A stretch of DNA of 64,000 bases. Source: Methanotrichaceae archaeon. GTDB lineage: Archaea; Halobacteriota; Methanosarcinia; Methanotrichales; Methanotrichaceae. The stretch spans positions 1 to 64,000 of the forward strand of contig CAVVKN010000023.1 of assembly GCA_963748825.1 (NCBI GenBank), in the 5' to 3' direction. The stretch's first letter is position 1. Each line of letters opens with the position of its first letter. Positions 49,591-59,527 of the stretch are shown in pieces. The translations under genes were made by a program, and so were the position numbers. Below the pieces are notes generated by a model, which was not told the origin of the DNA, did not search any database, and saw only the letters and a program-made list of their open reading frames with translations.

Positions 49591-50883
49591 ATGACGTTGA
49601 TGCAAGAGGCAAGCAGAGGGCGCGTGCCCCGTGAGATCGAGGCCGTGGCCAAGCGCGAGGGAATAGAGCCGGCGAAGCTGGCCCGTCTTGTGGCCTTGGG
49701 CCGGGTGGTCATACCAAGGAACATCCGCCGCGAGAGGCTGCAGCCCACCGGCATAGGCGAGCTGCTCACCACCAAGGTAAATGTGAATGTGGGCACATCG
49801 CAAAACCTGGACTCTCCGCAAAGCGAGGTGGAAAAGGCCCTGGCTGCCGTGACAGCAGGCGCAGACGCAGTGATGGACCTGTCCACAGGCGGGGATCTGG
49901 ACGCAGTGCGACGGATGATTTTGGACGCGGTCAGCGTTCCCGTGGGCAGCGTACCACTCTACAATGCGGCCGTCAAAAAGGACCTGACCAGCCAGGGATT
50001 TTTCAATGCCCTGGAAAAGCATGCCAAAGACGGCGTGGACTTCGTCACAGTGCATGTGGGCGTGAACAAGAATTCTCTGGAGCGGCTTCGCCTCGATCCG
50101 CGCGTCTTGGGCGTGGTGAGCCGTGGTGGTTCTCTGACCATGAAGTACATCAGCGAGACGGGCGAGGACAATCCCTACTACTCTGAGTACGACTATCTCC
50201 TGGAGATGGCCAAAGAGTATGATCTGACTCTCTCTTTGGGCGACGGCCTTCGGCCTGGCTGCATTGAGGATGCCTCTGACCGCGCCAAGTACATGGAGTT
50301 CATCATGCTGGGAGAGATGGTGAAGAGAGCTCGCGCCGCAGGAGTGCAGGCCATGGTGGAGGGCCCGGGACATGTGCCCGCCGATGAGATCGAAACCAGC
50401 GTCAAGGCCATGAAGCATTTAACGGACGGCGCGCCCCTCTACCTTTTGGGTCCGCTGGTCACGGACATTGCGCCGGGCTACGACCACATCACCGCCGCCA
50501 TGGGCGGAGTGATTGCGGGCATGGCGGGAGCGGACTTTCTCTGCGCCACCACGCCCTCCGAGCACCTGGACCTTCCCACCAAGGAGGACGTGATCGAGGG
50601 CACCTACGTCACAAGGGTCGCGGCCCATGCCGCGGACCTCACCCGTCCGGGCGTGCGGGAGAGGGCGAGGGCCTGGGATTTGCAGATGGCCCGCGCACGC
50701 GCCGATCTGAACTGGGAAGGGCAGTTTCAGGCGGCCATAAATCCGGCCAAAGCAAAGATGATCCGTCACCGCAGGGGCGTGGAGACGGACACCTGCACCA
50801 TGTGCTCGGAGCTATGTGCCATCAGGCTCGCGAAAGAGGCCATGGAGAAGGGTATGGGCAAGAAAAGTATGGGTGGAAAATAG
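49591..50883 (+). CDS. thiC: Phosphomethylpyrimidine synthase ThiC family radical-SAM enzyme
   Basis: [35 protein letters not shown]-terminal CTMCSELC; a BzaA/B/F-type paralog cannot be excluded. Confidence 0.88.
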   Translation: MTLMQEASRGRVPREIEAVAKREGIEPAKLARLVALGRVVIPRNIRRERLQPTGIGELLTTKVNVNVGTSQNLDSPQSEVEKALAAVTAGADAVMDLSTGGDLDAVRRMILDAVSVPVGSVPLYNAAVKKDLTSQGFFNALEKHAKDGVDFVTVHVGVNKNSLERLRLDPRVLGVVSRGGSLTMKYISETGEDNPYYSEYDYLLEMAKEYDLTLSLGDGLRPGCIEDASDRAKYMEFIMLGEMVKRARAAGVQAMVEGPGHVPADEIETSVKAMKHLTDGAPLYLLGPLVTDIAPGYDHITAAMGGVIAGMAGADFLCATTPSEHLDLPTKEDVIEGTYVTRVAAHAADLTRPGVRERARAWDLQMARARADLNWEGQFQAAINPAKAKMIRHRRGVETDTCTMCSELCAIRLAKEAMEKGMGKKSMGGK

Positions 50884-50983
50884 TGGGATAACGGGTTTTG
50901 GAAATTGCCAAACGACTGCGTTGAGAAGATGGATTTTGATCTCGAGCCTCATCGCGAGCTTAGCTAAATCTCCGGCATCAACC

Positions 50984-51436
50984 CTACTTTTCCTCCAGAT
51001 TTGTCTTCCCCTTACAACGACTACACAATCCTGTTATATCAAGAACCTGTCCTGTTACGGAGAATTTTGCATCTGCGGCAACCTCCGCTATGACCTTAGA
51101 TACAAGTGGATTTATCCAGTCGACGATGCTGTCGCATTGCAAGCAAACCAGGTGCACATGTGGCTGCATATCTGGATCGAATCTTGCTTTGCTCTGAGGC
51201 AGATTCATCTCCTGAAGCAAACCAACCTCTTTTAGAATCAGTAAGGTCGCATAAACTGTAGCCAGGCTTACAGTTGGATAAGTCTTCTTGATTTGGCTAT
51301 AGATCATCTTCGCGGTTGGATGATCACGACTGCATAATGCAAATCGGCTAATCGCCAGCCTCTGGGGCGTAGCCTTGTAGCCCTTTCCCCGGAAGGCTTT
51401 GATTATCGAGGAGTCCAAATCATGAATGTCGCTCAT
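50984..51436 (-). CDS. Fur family transcriptional regulator, PerR-like
   Basis: TPQR, HPTA, SLATVY, RFD, HVHLVCLQC..VD, CSRC. Confidence 0.9.
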   Translation of the reverse strand: MSDIHDLDSSIIKAFRGKGYKATPQRLAISRFALCSRDHPTAKMIYSQIKKTYPTVSLATVYATLLILKEVGLLQEMNLPQSKARFDPDMQPHVHLVCLQCDSIVDWINPLVSKVIAEVAADAKFSVTGQVLDITGLCSRCKGKTNLEEK

Positions 51437-51449
51437 GGCAATTATTAGG

Positions 51450-51464
51450 TAATAATCATTCTTA
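51450..51464. promoter_or_regulatory. Per/Fur-box-like operator TAATAATCATTCTTA
   Basis: 11 of 14 defined positions match the Bacillus Per box TTATAATnATTATAA; 14 nt upstream of the fur/perR start. Confidence 0.5.
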
Positions 51465-51732
51465 AATAAAGCTATGTATTACATTTAACAATATAGGCAA
51501 GTGTCTTCTCGCAATAGAATCAGATCGCCTTCATACAATCAGGACTAATTGAATATCCGGCAGCAGTAATAGACGGTTCTGCTGCAAGAGAATGATCTGT
51601 CAACAAGCGGAAGCATTTCCTCAGAGGACGAATAAGAACGAGAAGTTCATGCCAGGGTTGCTCCAAGCAGCTCAATGTCTGCAGGCTTATGCCCGACCAG
51701 ACGCTGAAAAAGCTGTCGTAAATGGAGGTATC

Positions 51733-52014
51733 ATGATAGATAATCTGGATAGTACCGATCGCATGTTAGCTTCTGTTGAAAGAGAATTAGAAAAAGATCC
51801 GGATAGCTGGGAAGCACAGGCTGCGAAAGCGGATATATTATTCTCATTAGGCATGTATGGATTGGCAATTCGATGTTGTGACAGGTCCCTGGCACTAAAT
51901 CCGGATAATGTGCTGACCTGGGTAACCAAAGTTGCGGCTCTCAAGAAACTCGGGAGAAAAGAGGAAGAAGAAGCTGCCCTGACTAAAGCCATGGAGCTGG
52001 GATATAAAGGATGA
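51733..52014 (+). CDS. Tetratricopeptide repeat protein
   Basis: Two TPR-like units (KADILFSLGMYGLAIRCCDRSLALNP; TWVTKVAALKKLGRKEE); GGAGG RBS before 51733; the ORF extends to 51592. Confidence 0.8.
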   Translation: MIDNLDSTDRMLASVERELEKDPDSWEAQAAKADILFSLGMYGLAIRCCDRSLALNPDNVLTWVTKVAALKKLGRKEEEEAALTKAMELGYKG

Positions 52015-52226
52015 TTTATCCACCATGAATCCCAACACCACCTAACAAAAACTCTTTTCCGGCTGATTAAGGAGCTGCTAAGATCGTCTTTCAGACTCTT
52101 AGAGTAAGAATATCGAGGCCAGTCGATATGCTTATATTCAGTGAAATCATTAAATAGTTTTACTGTGAATAGAACGATGCTTGAGCGCTGCCTTGCGGCG
52201 AAAAGCATCCATAAGGTTGATCTGCC

Positions 52227-54080
52227 ATGAGTTCGATATTTGGAGAGTTTTTGACCTTCCCCCAGGAGAAGGGGCCTGAGGTGCAGCTTCGGGTCTACGG
52301 CGATGAGTTCTATTCCCGGTATGAGAATACGGACGGCTTTACCGTGGTCTACGACCAGGACCATGGGCTGTACTGCTATGCATTACTGATCTCAGGCGAG
52401 TTCGTCTCCAGCGGGGTGGACGCTTCTCAAAGCCCACCGAACAAGGTTCGCCGCCACTTCAAAGAATCAGAAGAGGTGAGAAACCGCAAGTTTGAGGCGA
52501 GATATGCCAAGATGAATCCACCAGCATCCGCCTTCAAGCCCAGCCTTAATTTCAGGACATTCGGATCGGAGAAGGGACTTTTAGAAGGAAGACGGGTGAG
52601 CGAGGGCGAGATCAGGGGCCTGACGGTGCTGGTTTCGTTCAATGACGTGAAGAGCACCGTCACAAGGGAGGATGTAGACGCCCTGCTCAATGGCCGGGAC
52701 TACCATGAGAACGGCAACTTCTGCTCCGCTCGGGAGTATTTCCGTCTCATGTCCAGCGGCAAGCTGGACTACACCAACGAGATAGTGGGGCCCATAACCT
52801 TAAGCCGCAATCGTCAATATTATACGGAAAACCTGCTCGTCAAGGAGGCCCTCGACATGGCTGTTAAAGGCGGCCTCGAGCTGGAGAAGTTCGACTCGCG
52901 AGGAGCGGGAATTGTCGATGCTATGAGCTTTCTTTACGCCGGCCAGACCCAATATATCGGGGAGCTGTGGCCACATAACTACTTCATCGACCTTCAGTAC
53001 AAAAACATGAAGACCTATTTTTATATGCTCTCCAGCATGGGCAGAAGCAAGGAGGACCTCTCCATTGGAACCTTCTGCCACGAGAGCGGCCACATGCTCT
53101 GCCGCTGGCCGGACCTCTACGATTACGGCAATCGAGACGGTGACTTCGAGAAGAGCGCGGGCCTGGGCTACTTCTGCCTCATGAGCGCCGGAAATCATAA
53201 CGATGAGGGAAGAACTCCTGCGCCAGTATGTGTATTCTTGCGAAACCTGGTGGGATGGTGCGACAGGAAGGTCTGCCTTAACCAGCCCGGCCAGTACCAG
53301 GCGGATCATGGGGATTACGGCACAGCCATGATTTATGAGAGCGGCAAGATAAACGAGTATTTCCTGGTGGAGAACCGCTCCGGGATAGATCTTGATGCCT
53401 CCATTCCCGCCAGTGGCCTGGCCGTCTATCACTGCGACACTTTAGGCTCAAATGAATGGCAGGGCGGATCTGCTTCCAAGCATTACCAGTGTGGGCTCTT
53501 GCAGGCGGACGGCAGCTTAGATCTGGAGACTAACCGCAGCATGGGCGAAGAAAAGGATCTCTTCGGCCGGATGGTGGGAATTGCCCTCAGCCACGACACA
53601 AGGCCTGCCTCGGTTTTATGGGACGGCTCAGACTCGGGCCTGATGATGTCAAATATCGGAGAGCCTGGCCGTGTCATAACATTTGTGATAGGACAAGAAA
53701 AGACCGATCATGTGGCCAAAGGATCAACACTATCCGATGAGATAATCCAGGACAACAGTCCTCCGGGCCCTGCAAATGCTATTTTCCTCGACCAGGAGGG
53801 CAAGGTGAAGAGTCTGGGGGTGGAAGTGGACATAAGCCACAACAACATCTCCAATCTGAGGGTAGAGCTGATCTCTCCGAGTGGCAAAAGAGCAGTTTTG
53901 CACGATCGCACCGGCATCGGCGAGAAGAATCTACTGAAGAGTTATGATTCCAAATCGAATGCATCTTTAGCCGCTCTTCTCGGTCAATCCATGAAGGGCA
54001 AATGGACCCTCAAGATCAGGGATTTAGCAAGCATAGACACAGGCAAGCTGAACAAATGGAGCCTGGAGGCAACTTACTGA
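52227..54080 (+). CDS. M6 (immune inhibitor A-like) metalloprotease with C-terminal proprotein-convertase P-domain
   Basis: GDEFY propeptide motif, HESGHMLCRWPDLYD (HExxH), CLMSAG Met-turn, EYFLVENR, P-domain VDISH..LRVELISPSG..GKWTLKIRD..DTGKLNKWSL. Confidence 0.9.
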   Translation: MSSIFGEFLTFPQEKGPEVQLRVYGDEFYSRYENTDGFTVVYDQDHGLYCYALLISGEFVSSGVDASQSPPNKVRRHFKESEEVRNRKFEARYAKMNPPASAFKPSLNFRTFGSEKGLLEGRRVSEGEIRGLTVLVSFNDVKSTVTREDVDALLNGRDYHENGNFCSAREYFRLMSSGKLDYTNEIVGPITLSRNRQYYTENLLVKEALDMAVKGGLELEKFDSRGAGIVDAMSFLYAGQTQYIGELWPHNYFIDLQYKNMKTYFYMLSSMGRSKEDLSIGTFCHESGHMLCRWPDLYDYGNRDGDFEKSAGLGYFCLMSAGNHNDEGRTPAPVCVFLRNLVGWCDRKVCLNQPGQYQADHGDYGTAMIYESGKINEYFLVENRSGIDLDASIPASGLAVYHCDTLGSNEWQGGSASKHYQCGLLQADGSLDLETNRSMGEEKDLFGRMVGIALSHDTRPASVLWDGSDSGLMMSNIGEPGRVITFVIGQEKTDHVAKGSTLSDEIIQDNSPPGPANAIFLDQEGKVKSLGVEVDISHNNISNLRVELISPSGKRAVLHDRTGIGEKNLLKSYDSKSNASLAALLGQSMKGKWTLKIRDLASIDTGKLNKWSLEATY

Positions 54081-54352
54081 AAGAGCCCGGCGTCATTTTT
54101 TTATTGGACACAAGTTGAATATAATTTATTTTATATATTTTTTGCAGCGATCTTCTACGCCCTGGCCGGAATATAATGGCGTATTTAACAGGGTCACCCG
54201 GATGATGCAGGCTTATTTATTCCCAAGGCTGGCTGGAAGAATTTGGCTCTTGCGGGCAGTCATCCAGGTTTCCATGATCTTCAGATGAGGCTCAGGAGAG
54301 ACCTAAAGCTAAATATTACAATGCACGAGTAATAGCTAGTGAGGTGTAATAA

Positions 54353-55483
54353 TTGAGATTTAATTGCTTATGTTTATGTATTCTGGCCCTGATTTTGGGT
54401 GCAGGAGCTGCAGGAGCGCAGGGCTTTTCCCTGCTACAGTCCGTTGATATGACCGGGGGGGCCTTTAACGAAGAATTCGTGAACAGCCTTTTCGGCATTG
54501 GTGGCATGGGCACTGAATCGAGCGGCCCATGGTTTGGCCCGGAGTTCGAGAACACCAGCAGCGCCTATTCCTTCTTCTCCGAGTTCTACATCAATACCAG
54601 CGTGCCCGTGATCAGCGGATTTACACCCGTGAAAATTGATGTCACGCATAAGATGCCTTCCAGAATCTACTTCGGCAGCGGCCAAGAGGTCACCTATAAC
54701 CAGTACCAGTCGGCCATAGCCACAACAAGAGGCAATGAGCTGTGGATTCAGAAGGGTCTTGATTGGTCAGCGTATGCCATAGTCCCTGCAGGAACTGGCA
54801 TGCAGTTCATCGCCTTTGCCCCAGCGGGCGGACAGGCCGATTACTATGAGCTTGATCAGACGGATGCTCTGAAAATAACCAGCAAGCGCGTTAATTTCTA
54901 CTCTGGCTATAACAGCATGAACTTCATGGCAGACAAAGTGGGCAGGCACATTCTGCTCTTCGTGCTCAACAATCAGCCCAGCAACGCTATCATTGTTGAC
55001 GTGATCAGCCAGGCACCACCGGCTCAGCAGGCCCCAGCCGCGAGCTTGATGCCGCCCTCCACTAATATGCCACCATCCACCAATATGCCGCCTGCCTACA
55101 ATCAGCCAAATACTGCAGTGAGCGGCTACAGTCAGACCACTACGAGCGGCCTCGGCCAGACCACCACCAGCGCGTCGACCTCTTACCAGACATATGGCAC
55201 ATCTTATCCGCCACAGACAGTAGCCGTGACGGGGGACACTCCAGTTACAATTCAGTCTCAGGGAATGAGGGGCTATCAGGTCTATCTGGATGAGGTTTTA
55301 ATCGGCACAGAAGGGACCGGCGGCGACCCTCTTGATGGAAAATTCAGCTTCAATGTGGTAGGCAACCAAAACCACAACGTAAGGGTATACGATGGTCAAT
55401 TCAATTATCCAAAGAGCATGTATTTCCAAAGAGGTGTTTTGAAGATAATTAATGTGGAGCCAGGAACGGCAGTCTACATTTAA
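54353..55483 (+). CDS. Secreted hypothetical protein with Pro/Ser/Thr-rich linker
   Basis: Signal peptide, GRHILLF..SN.I..DV domain, MPPSTN repeats, PEGA-like C-terminal domain; GAGGTG RBS. Confidence 0.8.
   Translation: MRFNCLCLCILALILGAGAAGAQGFSLLQSVDMTGGAFNEEFVNSLFGIGGMGTESSGPWFGPEFENTSSAYSFFSEFYINTSVPVISGFTPVKIDVTHKMPSRIYFGSGQEVTYNQYQSAIATTRGNELWIQKGLDWSAYAIVPAGTGMQFIAFAPAGGQADYYELDQTDALKITSKRVNFYSGYNSMNFMADKVGRHILLFVLNNQPSNAIIVDVISQAPPAQQAPAASLMPPSTNMPPSTNMPPAYNQPNTAVSGYSQTTTSGLGQTTTSASTSYQTYGTSYPPQTVAVTGDTPVTIQSQGMRGYQVYLDEVLIGTEGTGGDPLDGKFSFNVVGNQNHNVRVYDGQFNYPKSMYFQRGVLKIINVEPGTAVYI
55049..55093 (+). repeat. 18-bp coding tandem repeat (MPPSTN x2.5)
   Basis: atgccgccctccactaat-atgccaccatccaccaat-atgccgcct. 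Confidence 0.75.
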
Positions 55484-55662
55484 TTTAATCTTTCAACATT
55501 TTTTTGTTTTAGAAATCTTACGATGCCTGTAGCTTATTTCAATAAGTATTGTTGCTCATGTTGCTCATTTAATTTCGTTAGCTCGGGCACTTCTTCTACT
55601 TTCACGATTTATCAGAAAGAGATAAATCCCCCCGGATGGTATAATGGAAGGGGTCGATCATT

Positions 55663-55980
55663 TTGAGAAAAGATGAATTCTTGCAGCAGTTCGAAGGCAT
55701 CATGCTCCCTGAGACATTTGATCAGGATCTTCTGGATCACGCCGCAGAGATGTTCGGCAAATGGGGCAAGAGCGCTCACATGAATGAGAAGGAGCATCTC
55801 TTCGAGGCCTTCGGGCTGGCCTCTAAACCTGAAGATGGCACCGAGATTAAAATGCAGAAAATTGCTCTGCGCTTTGTCTGCACCAGAATGATGGAAGCCA
55901 ACTTCAACCGAACGGATGCCGCAAATCTCATCCGCAATTTTAACAAGATCAAAAATCCGGGCTACGAGTGGCTGGAGTAG
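55663..55980 (+). CDS. Hypothetical protein (105 aa)
   Basis: Coherent alpha-helical ORF with typical codon usage; TTG start. Confidence 0.75.
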   Translation: MRKDEFLQQFEGIMLPETFDQDLLDHAAEMFGKWGKSAHMNEKEHLFEAFGLASKPEDGTEIKMQKIALRFVCTRMMEANFNRTDAANLIRNFNKIKNPGYEWLE

Positions 55981-56070
55981 GGCTAAGCGAAGGGGAGGTG
56001 CAAGCTTTTTTTGAGCCAGTCCTTACGTCTCCCCTCTGCATACGATTGATGATCTCTTTCAGGCAACGGC

Positions 56071-56481
56071 TCAATAGTACAGTCTCAGGTAGATGTGAAA
56101 TCCAAGAATAAGGGAAGCCACCCAAAAGCCAGCCGCCGCCCGCATGGCCATCTTGAGAGCAAGCCGGGCCTTTAAATGCCGGAGATAAACCAGGTTGATG
56201 TAAATCCATAGCAGTACCACTGCCAGGCCCAGGCCGTGATGTACCAAGACCTCGGCCCGAAAGAGACCATTAGGCAGGCCCGGCTCCAGGATTTGTCCCA
56301 TGGCTGGAGACATCAGCGCTAAGATGGCCAGAATCTGGGCCAGCACGGCCAGCCTGAGGACGAGGCAGTGCCTCTGGAAATTCTTTTTTTTGGCCAGGAA
56401 GACGGCAAAGCCAAGGGCTGCGGCTAGGATTAATTGCAGGATGAGGTTTGATGCAACCAATGTCTGATAATCCAGGAGCAT
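56071..56481 (-). CDS. Four-TM membrane protein, DUF420-like
   Basis: Four hydrophobic segments with His residues (RHC, VHHGLG). Confidence 0.7.
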   Translation of the reverse strand: MLLDYQTLVASNLILQLILAAALGFAVFLAKKKNFQRHCLVLRLAVLAQILAILALMSPAMGQILEPGLPNGLFRAEVLVHHGLGLAVVLLWIYINLVYLRHLKARLALKMAMRAAAGFWVASLILGFHIYLRLYY

Positions 56482-56488
56482 AGGTCCT

Positions 56489-57061
56489 CTACTCCTCGAT
56501 CTTCTTCATCAGCCAGGCCATGTTCTGCCCCAGAGTTTTCATGATCTGTATTCCCTCTGCATCCTTTTCCACATCCTTTTCGTGCAGACCCATGCCGATA
56601 TTCCAGTAACTGGAGCCGGCAATTATCATCTGGTTGATGAGGAAGAAGTGGTTTATGGAGTCGAAGACGTGAATGGCTCCCGCCCGGCGCACGGCCACCA
56701 CCGCTGCACCCACCTTGCGCTTGAACATATCCCCGTTGGCCTTTCCCACAAAACCGGCCCTGTCGATGAGGGCCTTCAGCTCAGGCGTGAGATCGGCAAA
56801 GTAGGTAGGCGAGCCCAGAATAATCCCGTCCGCCCCACTCATCTTCTCGATGCATTCGTTTAAGATATCCTTATCCAGGGCGCACTTGCCGTCCTTTTTC
56901 TCATGGCACTTGTTGCAGGCGATGCAGCCGGAAAGGGGCCCTTTCAGATGCACCAGTTCCGTCTCTATGCCCTGGCCTTCCAGCTCCTTGAGAACAACGC
57001 CCAACAGGGTTGCGGTATTGCCATCCTTGCGAGGACTGCCGTTAAATGCAACAACTTTCAT
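56489..57061 (-). CDS. Iron-sulfur flavoprotein (Isf/flavodoxin-like FMN reductase)
   Basis: NGSPRKDGNT, CIACNKC..C cluster motif, GSPTYF, LKALIDR. Confidence 0.9.
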   Translation of the reverse strand: MKVVAFNGSPRKDGNTATLLGVVLKELEGQGIETELVHLKGPLSGCIACNKCHEKKDGKCALDKDILNECIEKMSGADGIILGSPTYFADLTPELKALIDRAGFVGKANGDMFKRKVGAAVVAVRRAGAIHVFDSINHFFLINQMIIAGSSYWNIGMGLHEKDVEKDAEGIQIMKTLGQNMAWLMKKIEE

Positions 57062-57117
57062 GCTTATTTCCTCTTATTTCTTTTACATAAATTATTTTCA
57101 AGTCAATGTTGCCGTTT

Positions 57118-58224
57118 TCAGATCTCGACCAGACGGTACTCTTTATTTCCGAGACCGATCTTATCCCCGTAATCCACCTGGATATTTCCCAGCGTGCTCT
57201 CCCAGATGCCCAGGAACTTGTCTGCTCCCGGCTCATGATTCTTTTGCAAAAGCGTGTGGGCAAGGCCCATCTGCCGGTTCACCAGATCGTAGCTGGCCTG
57301 ATCTATGGCCACCGGATCGCGCGAGGCCAGTATGCCGATGTCCGGAACGATAGGAGCATCGCTCCAGGGCACACAGTCACAGTCCGGCGTGATATTGAGC
57401 AAGAAGTTGAAGAAACCCACCCGACCCTCCTTTCCCGTTATCGCGCCCAGAGCGTACTCCGTCATCCTCTCCATGAAGGGCGGCACCTCTACAAACCAGT
57501 CGAAGTCCAGAGCGTGAGTCGGACAGACGCGCAGGCACTTGCCGCAGCCAGTACATAGATTGTGGTCGACGGCCGAGATCCTCTTTTCCACGGTTATGGC
57601 CCGGTTAGGGCAATTGTCCATGCAGGCCCGGCAGCCGCTGCATAGCTCAACATTGAAGATGGGCCTCGACGAATGCTGCTCTGCCTTGCCAAGCGCCGGA
57701 GCACAGCCCATGCCCAGATTCTTTATAGCGCCCCCAAAGCCGGCCGGAAGGTGGGCCTTGAAGTGGGATACTACTATCATGCTATTGGCAGAGGCGATCT
57801 CTCCGGCTATCATGACGCGACGAAAATGCTTCCGGTCGATTTGGACCTCCCGGAAATTTTCGCCCTGCAGGCCATCGGCAATGATAGCCGGTGCTCCGGC
57901 CACGGCCGGGGCGAAGCCGTGCTCGGCTGCCGTTTGCAGATGATCGACGGCATTGGCCCGGCTACCTCCATAAAGAGTATTGGTATCGGTAAGAAATGGC
58001 TTTGCCCCGAGAGCCCGGATCTTTTCTGCGATGGGCCGGACCAAGACCGGATTTACATAGGAGTCGTTTCCCCTCTCTCCGAAGTGAATCTTAATGGCTG
58101 TGAGGTCGCCTTTTCGCACCACTTCGTCTAAGCCGGCTGCATCAAAGAGCCCCAGGATCTTGTTTTGCTTATTGTCCGCAAAGCTTCTCGTCCTGACGCC
58201 GGCAAAATAAACAGTGCTTTTCAA
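57118..58224 (-). CDS. DUF362 domain Fe-S protein
   Basis: AIKIHFGERGN, TDTNTLY.GSR, SHFKAH..GFGGAIKNLGMG, two CxxCxxCxxxCP motifs, PDCDC, DPVAIDQAS; TTG start after a GGAGG RBS. Confidence 0.88.
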   Translation of the reverse strand: MKSTVYFAGVRTRSFADNKQNKILGLFDAAGLDEVVRKGDLTAIKIHFGERGNDSYVNPVLVRPIAEKIRALGAKPFLTDTNTLYGGSRANAVDHLQTAAEHGFAPAVAGAPAIIADGLQGENFREVQIDRKHFRRVMIAGEIASANSMIVVSHFKAHLPAGFGGAIKNLGMGCAPALGKAEQHSSRPIFNVELCSGCRACMDNCPNRAITVEKRISAVDHNLCTGCGKCLRVCPTHALDFDWFVEVPPFMERMTEYALGAITGKEGRVGFFNFLLNITPDCDCVPWSDAPIVPDIGILASRDPVAIDQASYDLVNRQMGLAHTLLQKNHEPGADKFLGIWESTLGNIQVDYGDKIGLGNKEYRLVEI

Positions 58225-58492
58225 TTCTTGCCCACCTCCAAATAGTCTGATGTGGTATTCTCCTCTGCAAATTAAAGAATTTGATGCTTGCAAGGGAGAG
58301 AACGGGTGAGCTGCCGGAAGTATTGGCACAAGCTTCACCGATCTGTTTTGCTAATCCTGTGTCTGACAGCTGAGGACAGCGGAAGTTATTCGCGATTCTG
58401 CACCCCGATTTTTCCCGGCTAAACGCGCCTGGCGAAAAGATATATGCCAATAATGGCTTTAGAAGCTTAGAATCTTTTGGAGAGGATCGCAA

Positions 58493-59527
58493 TTGACCGG
58501 TAAAAACTATGAGGCATGGGATGTATTGGAGTCCGACTACCCAGCTGACGGCCCTATGGAAGAAAGGCTCAAGTTCCTTTTGCGCTATGCAATTTTGGCC
58601 CCCTCCGGCCCCAACACCCAGCCCTGGAAGTTCGCCATTTATGACAGCGGCGTTTCCGTCTTCGCCGATTTAAGCCGGGCCTTGCATTTTGTCGATCCCA
58701 GCAACCGCACCCTCTACATGAGCGTAGGCTGCGCCATCGCCAATCTGGCGGTCGCCGGAGCGCATTTCGGCTTTGCTCCAAGCGTGAGCTATTTTCCCCG
58801 CGGGCAAGAGAGCGATCTGGTGGCCGAGGTGCAGTTTTCGCCCGCTGGCCGAAGGCCAGCTGATGGGCAAGAGGATCTCTTTCCCCAGATACAAAGAAGG
58901 CACACCACCAAAGACCGATATGAAAACGCGACAATCGAAGCTTCTATTTTAAAGGAGATTGAAAAGAGCATAAATCTCCCGGGCTTTTATCTAAGCTACA
59001 TGCCCGATGAGGATTCCAAGGCTAAGATGGCAGATCTGGTCTCCCGCAGCCATCAGATTCAACTGGCCAAAAAGGAGTTTCGCCACAATCTTGGGGAGTG
59101 GCTGCGCAATAACTGGACGGCTGAGCCGGACGGCATGCCCCTCTATACCTTCGGAGTGCCGGATGCCATATCTTTGGGATTTCCCGCCGCCTTCAAGGAG
59201 TTCGACCTCTCCCGGCCGGTCATCTACCGGGACTCGGGCCTCATCCATGGCTGCTTCACCCTTGCCGCCCTTACCACCGACCAGGATGATAAGCTGACCT
59301 GGGCTATGTGCGGCTTCGCCCTGGAAAATCTGCTGCTCAAGGCCACCAGTTACGATATCCGAGCATCCTTCTTCAGCCAGCCCATTGGTCTGCCTGATCT
59401 CCGAGAGGAGCTGAAGGCCCTGATCAACCGCGGCCACCCCCAGCTTCTCTTCAGCCTGGGAATGGCAAAACCCATGCGCCCCAGCCCCCGGCGGCCTCTT
59501 GAGGATGTAATTATCAAGCCGTCTTAG
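58493..59527 (+). CDS. Acg-type nitroreductase family (FMN-binding) protein
   Basis: AILAPSGPNTQPW, DP..R.LYMSVGCAIANL, I.RRHT, PSPRRPLEDV. Confidence 0.85.
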   Translation: MTGKNYEAWDVLESDYPADGPMEERLKFLLRYAILAPSGPNTQPWKFAIYDSGVSVFADLSRALHFVDPSNRTLYMSVGCAIANLAVAGAHFGFAPSVSYFPRGQESDLVAEVQFSPAGRRPADGQEDLFPQIQRRHTTKDRYENATIEASILKEIEKSINLPGFYLSYMPDEDSKAKMADLVSRSHQIQLAKKEFRHNLGEWLRNNWTAEPDGMPLYTFGVPDAISLGFPAAFKEFDLSRPVIYRDSGLIHGCFTLAALTTDQDDKLTWAMCGFALENLLLKATSYDIRASFFSQPIGLPDLREELKALINRGHPQLLFSLGMAKPMRPSPRRPLEDVIIKPS

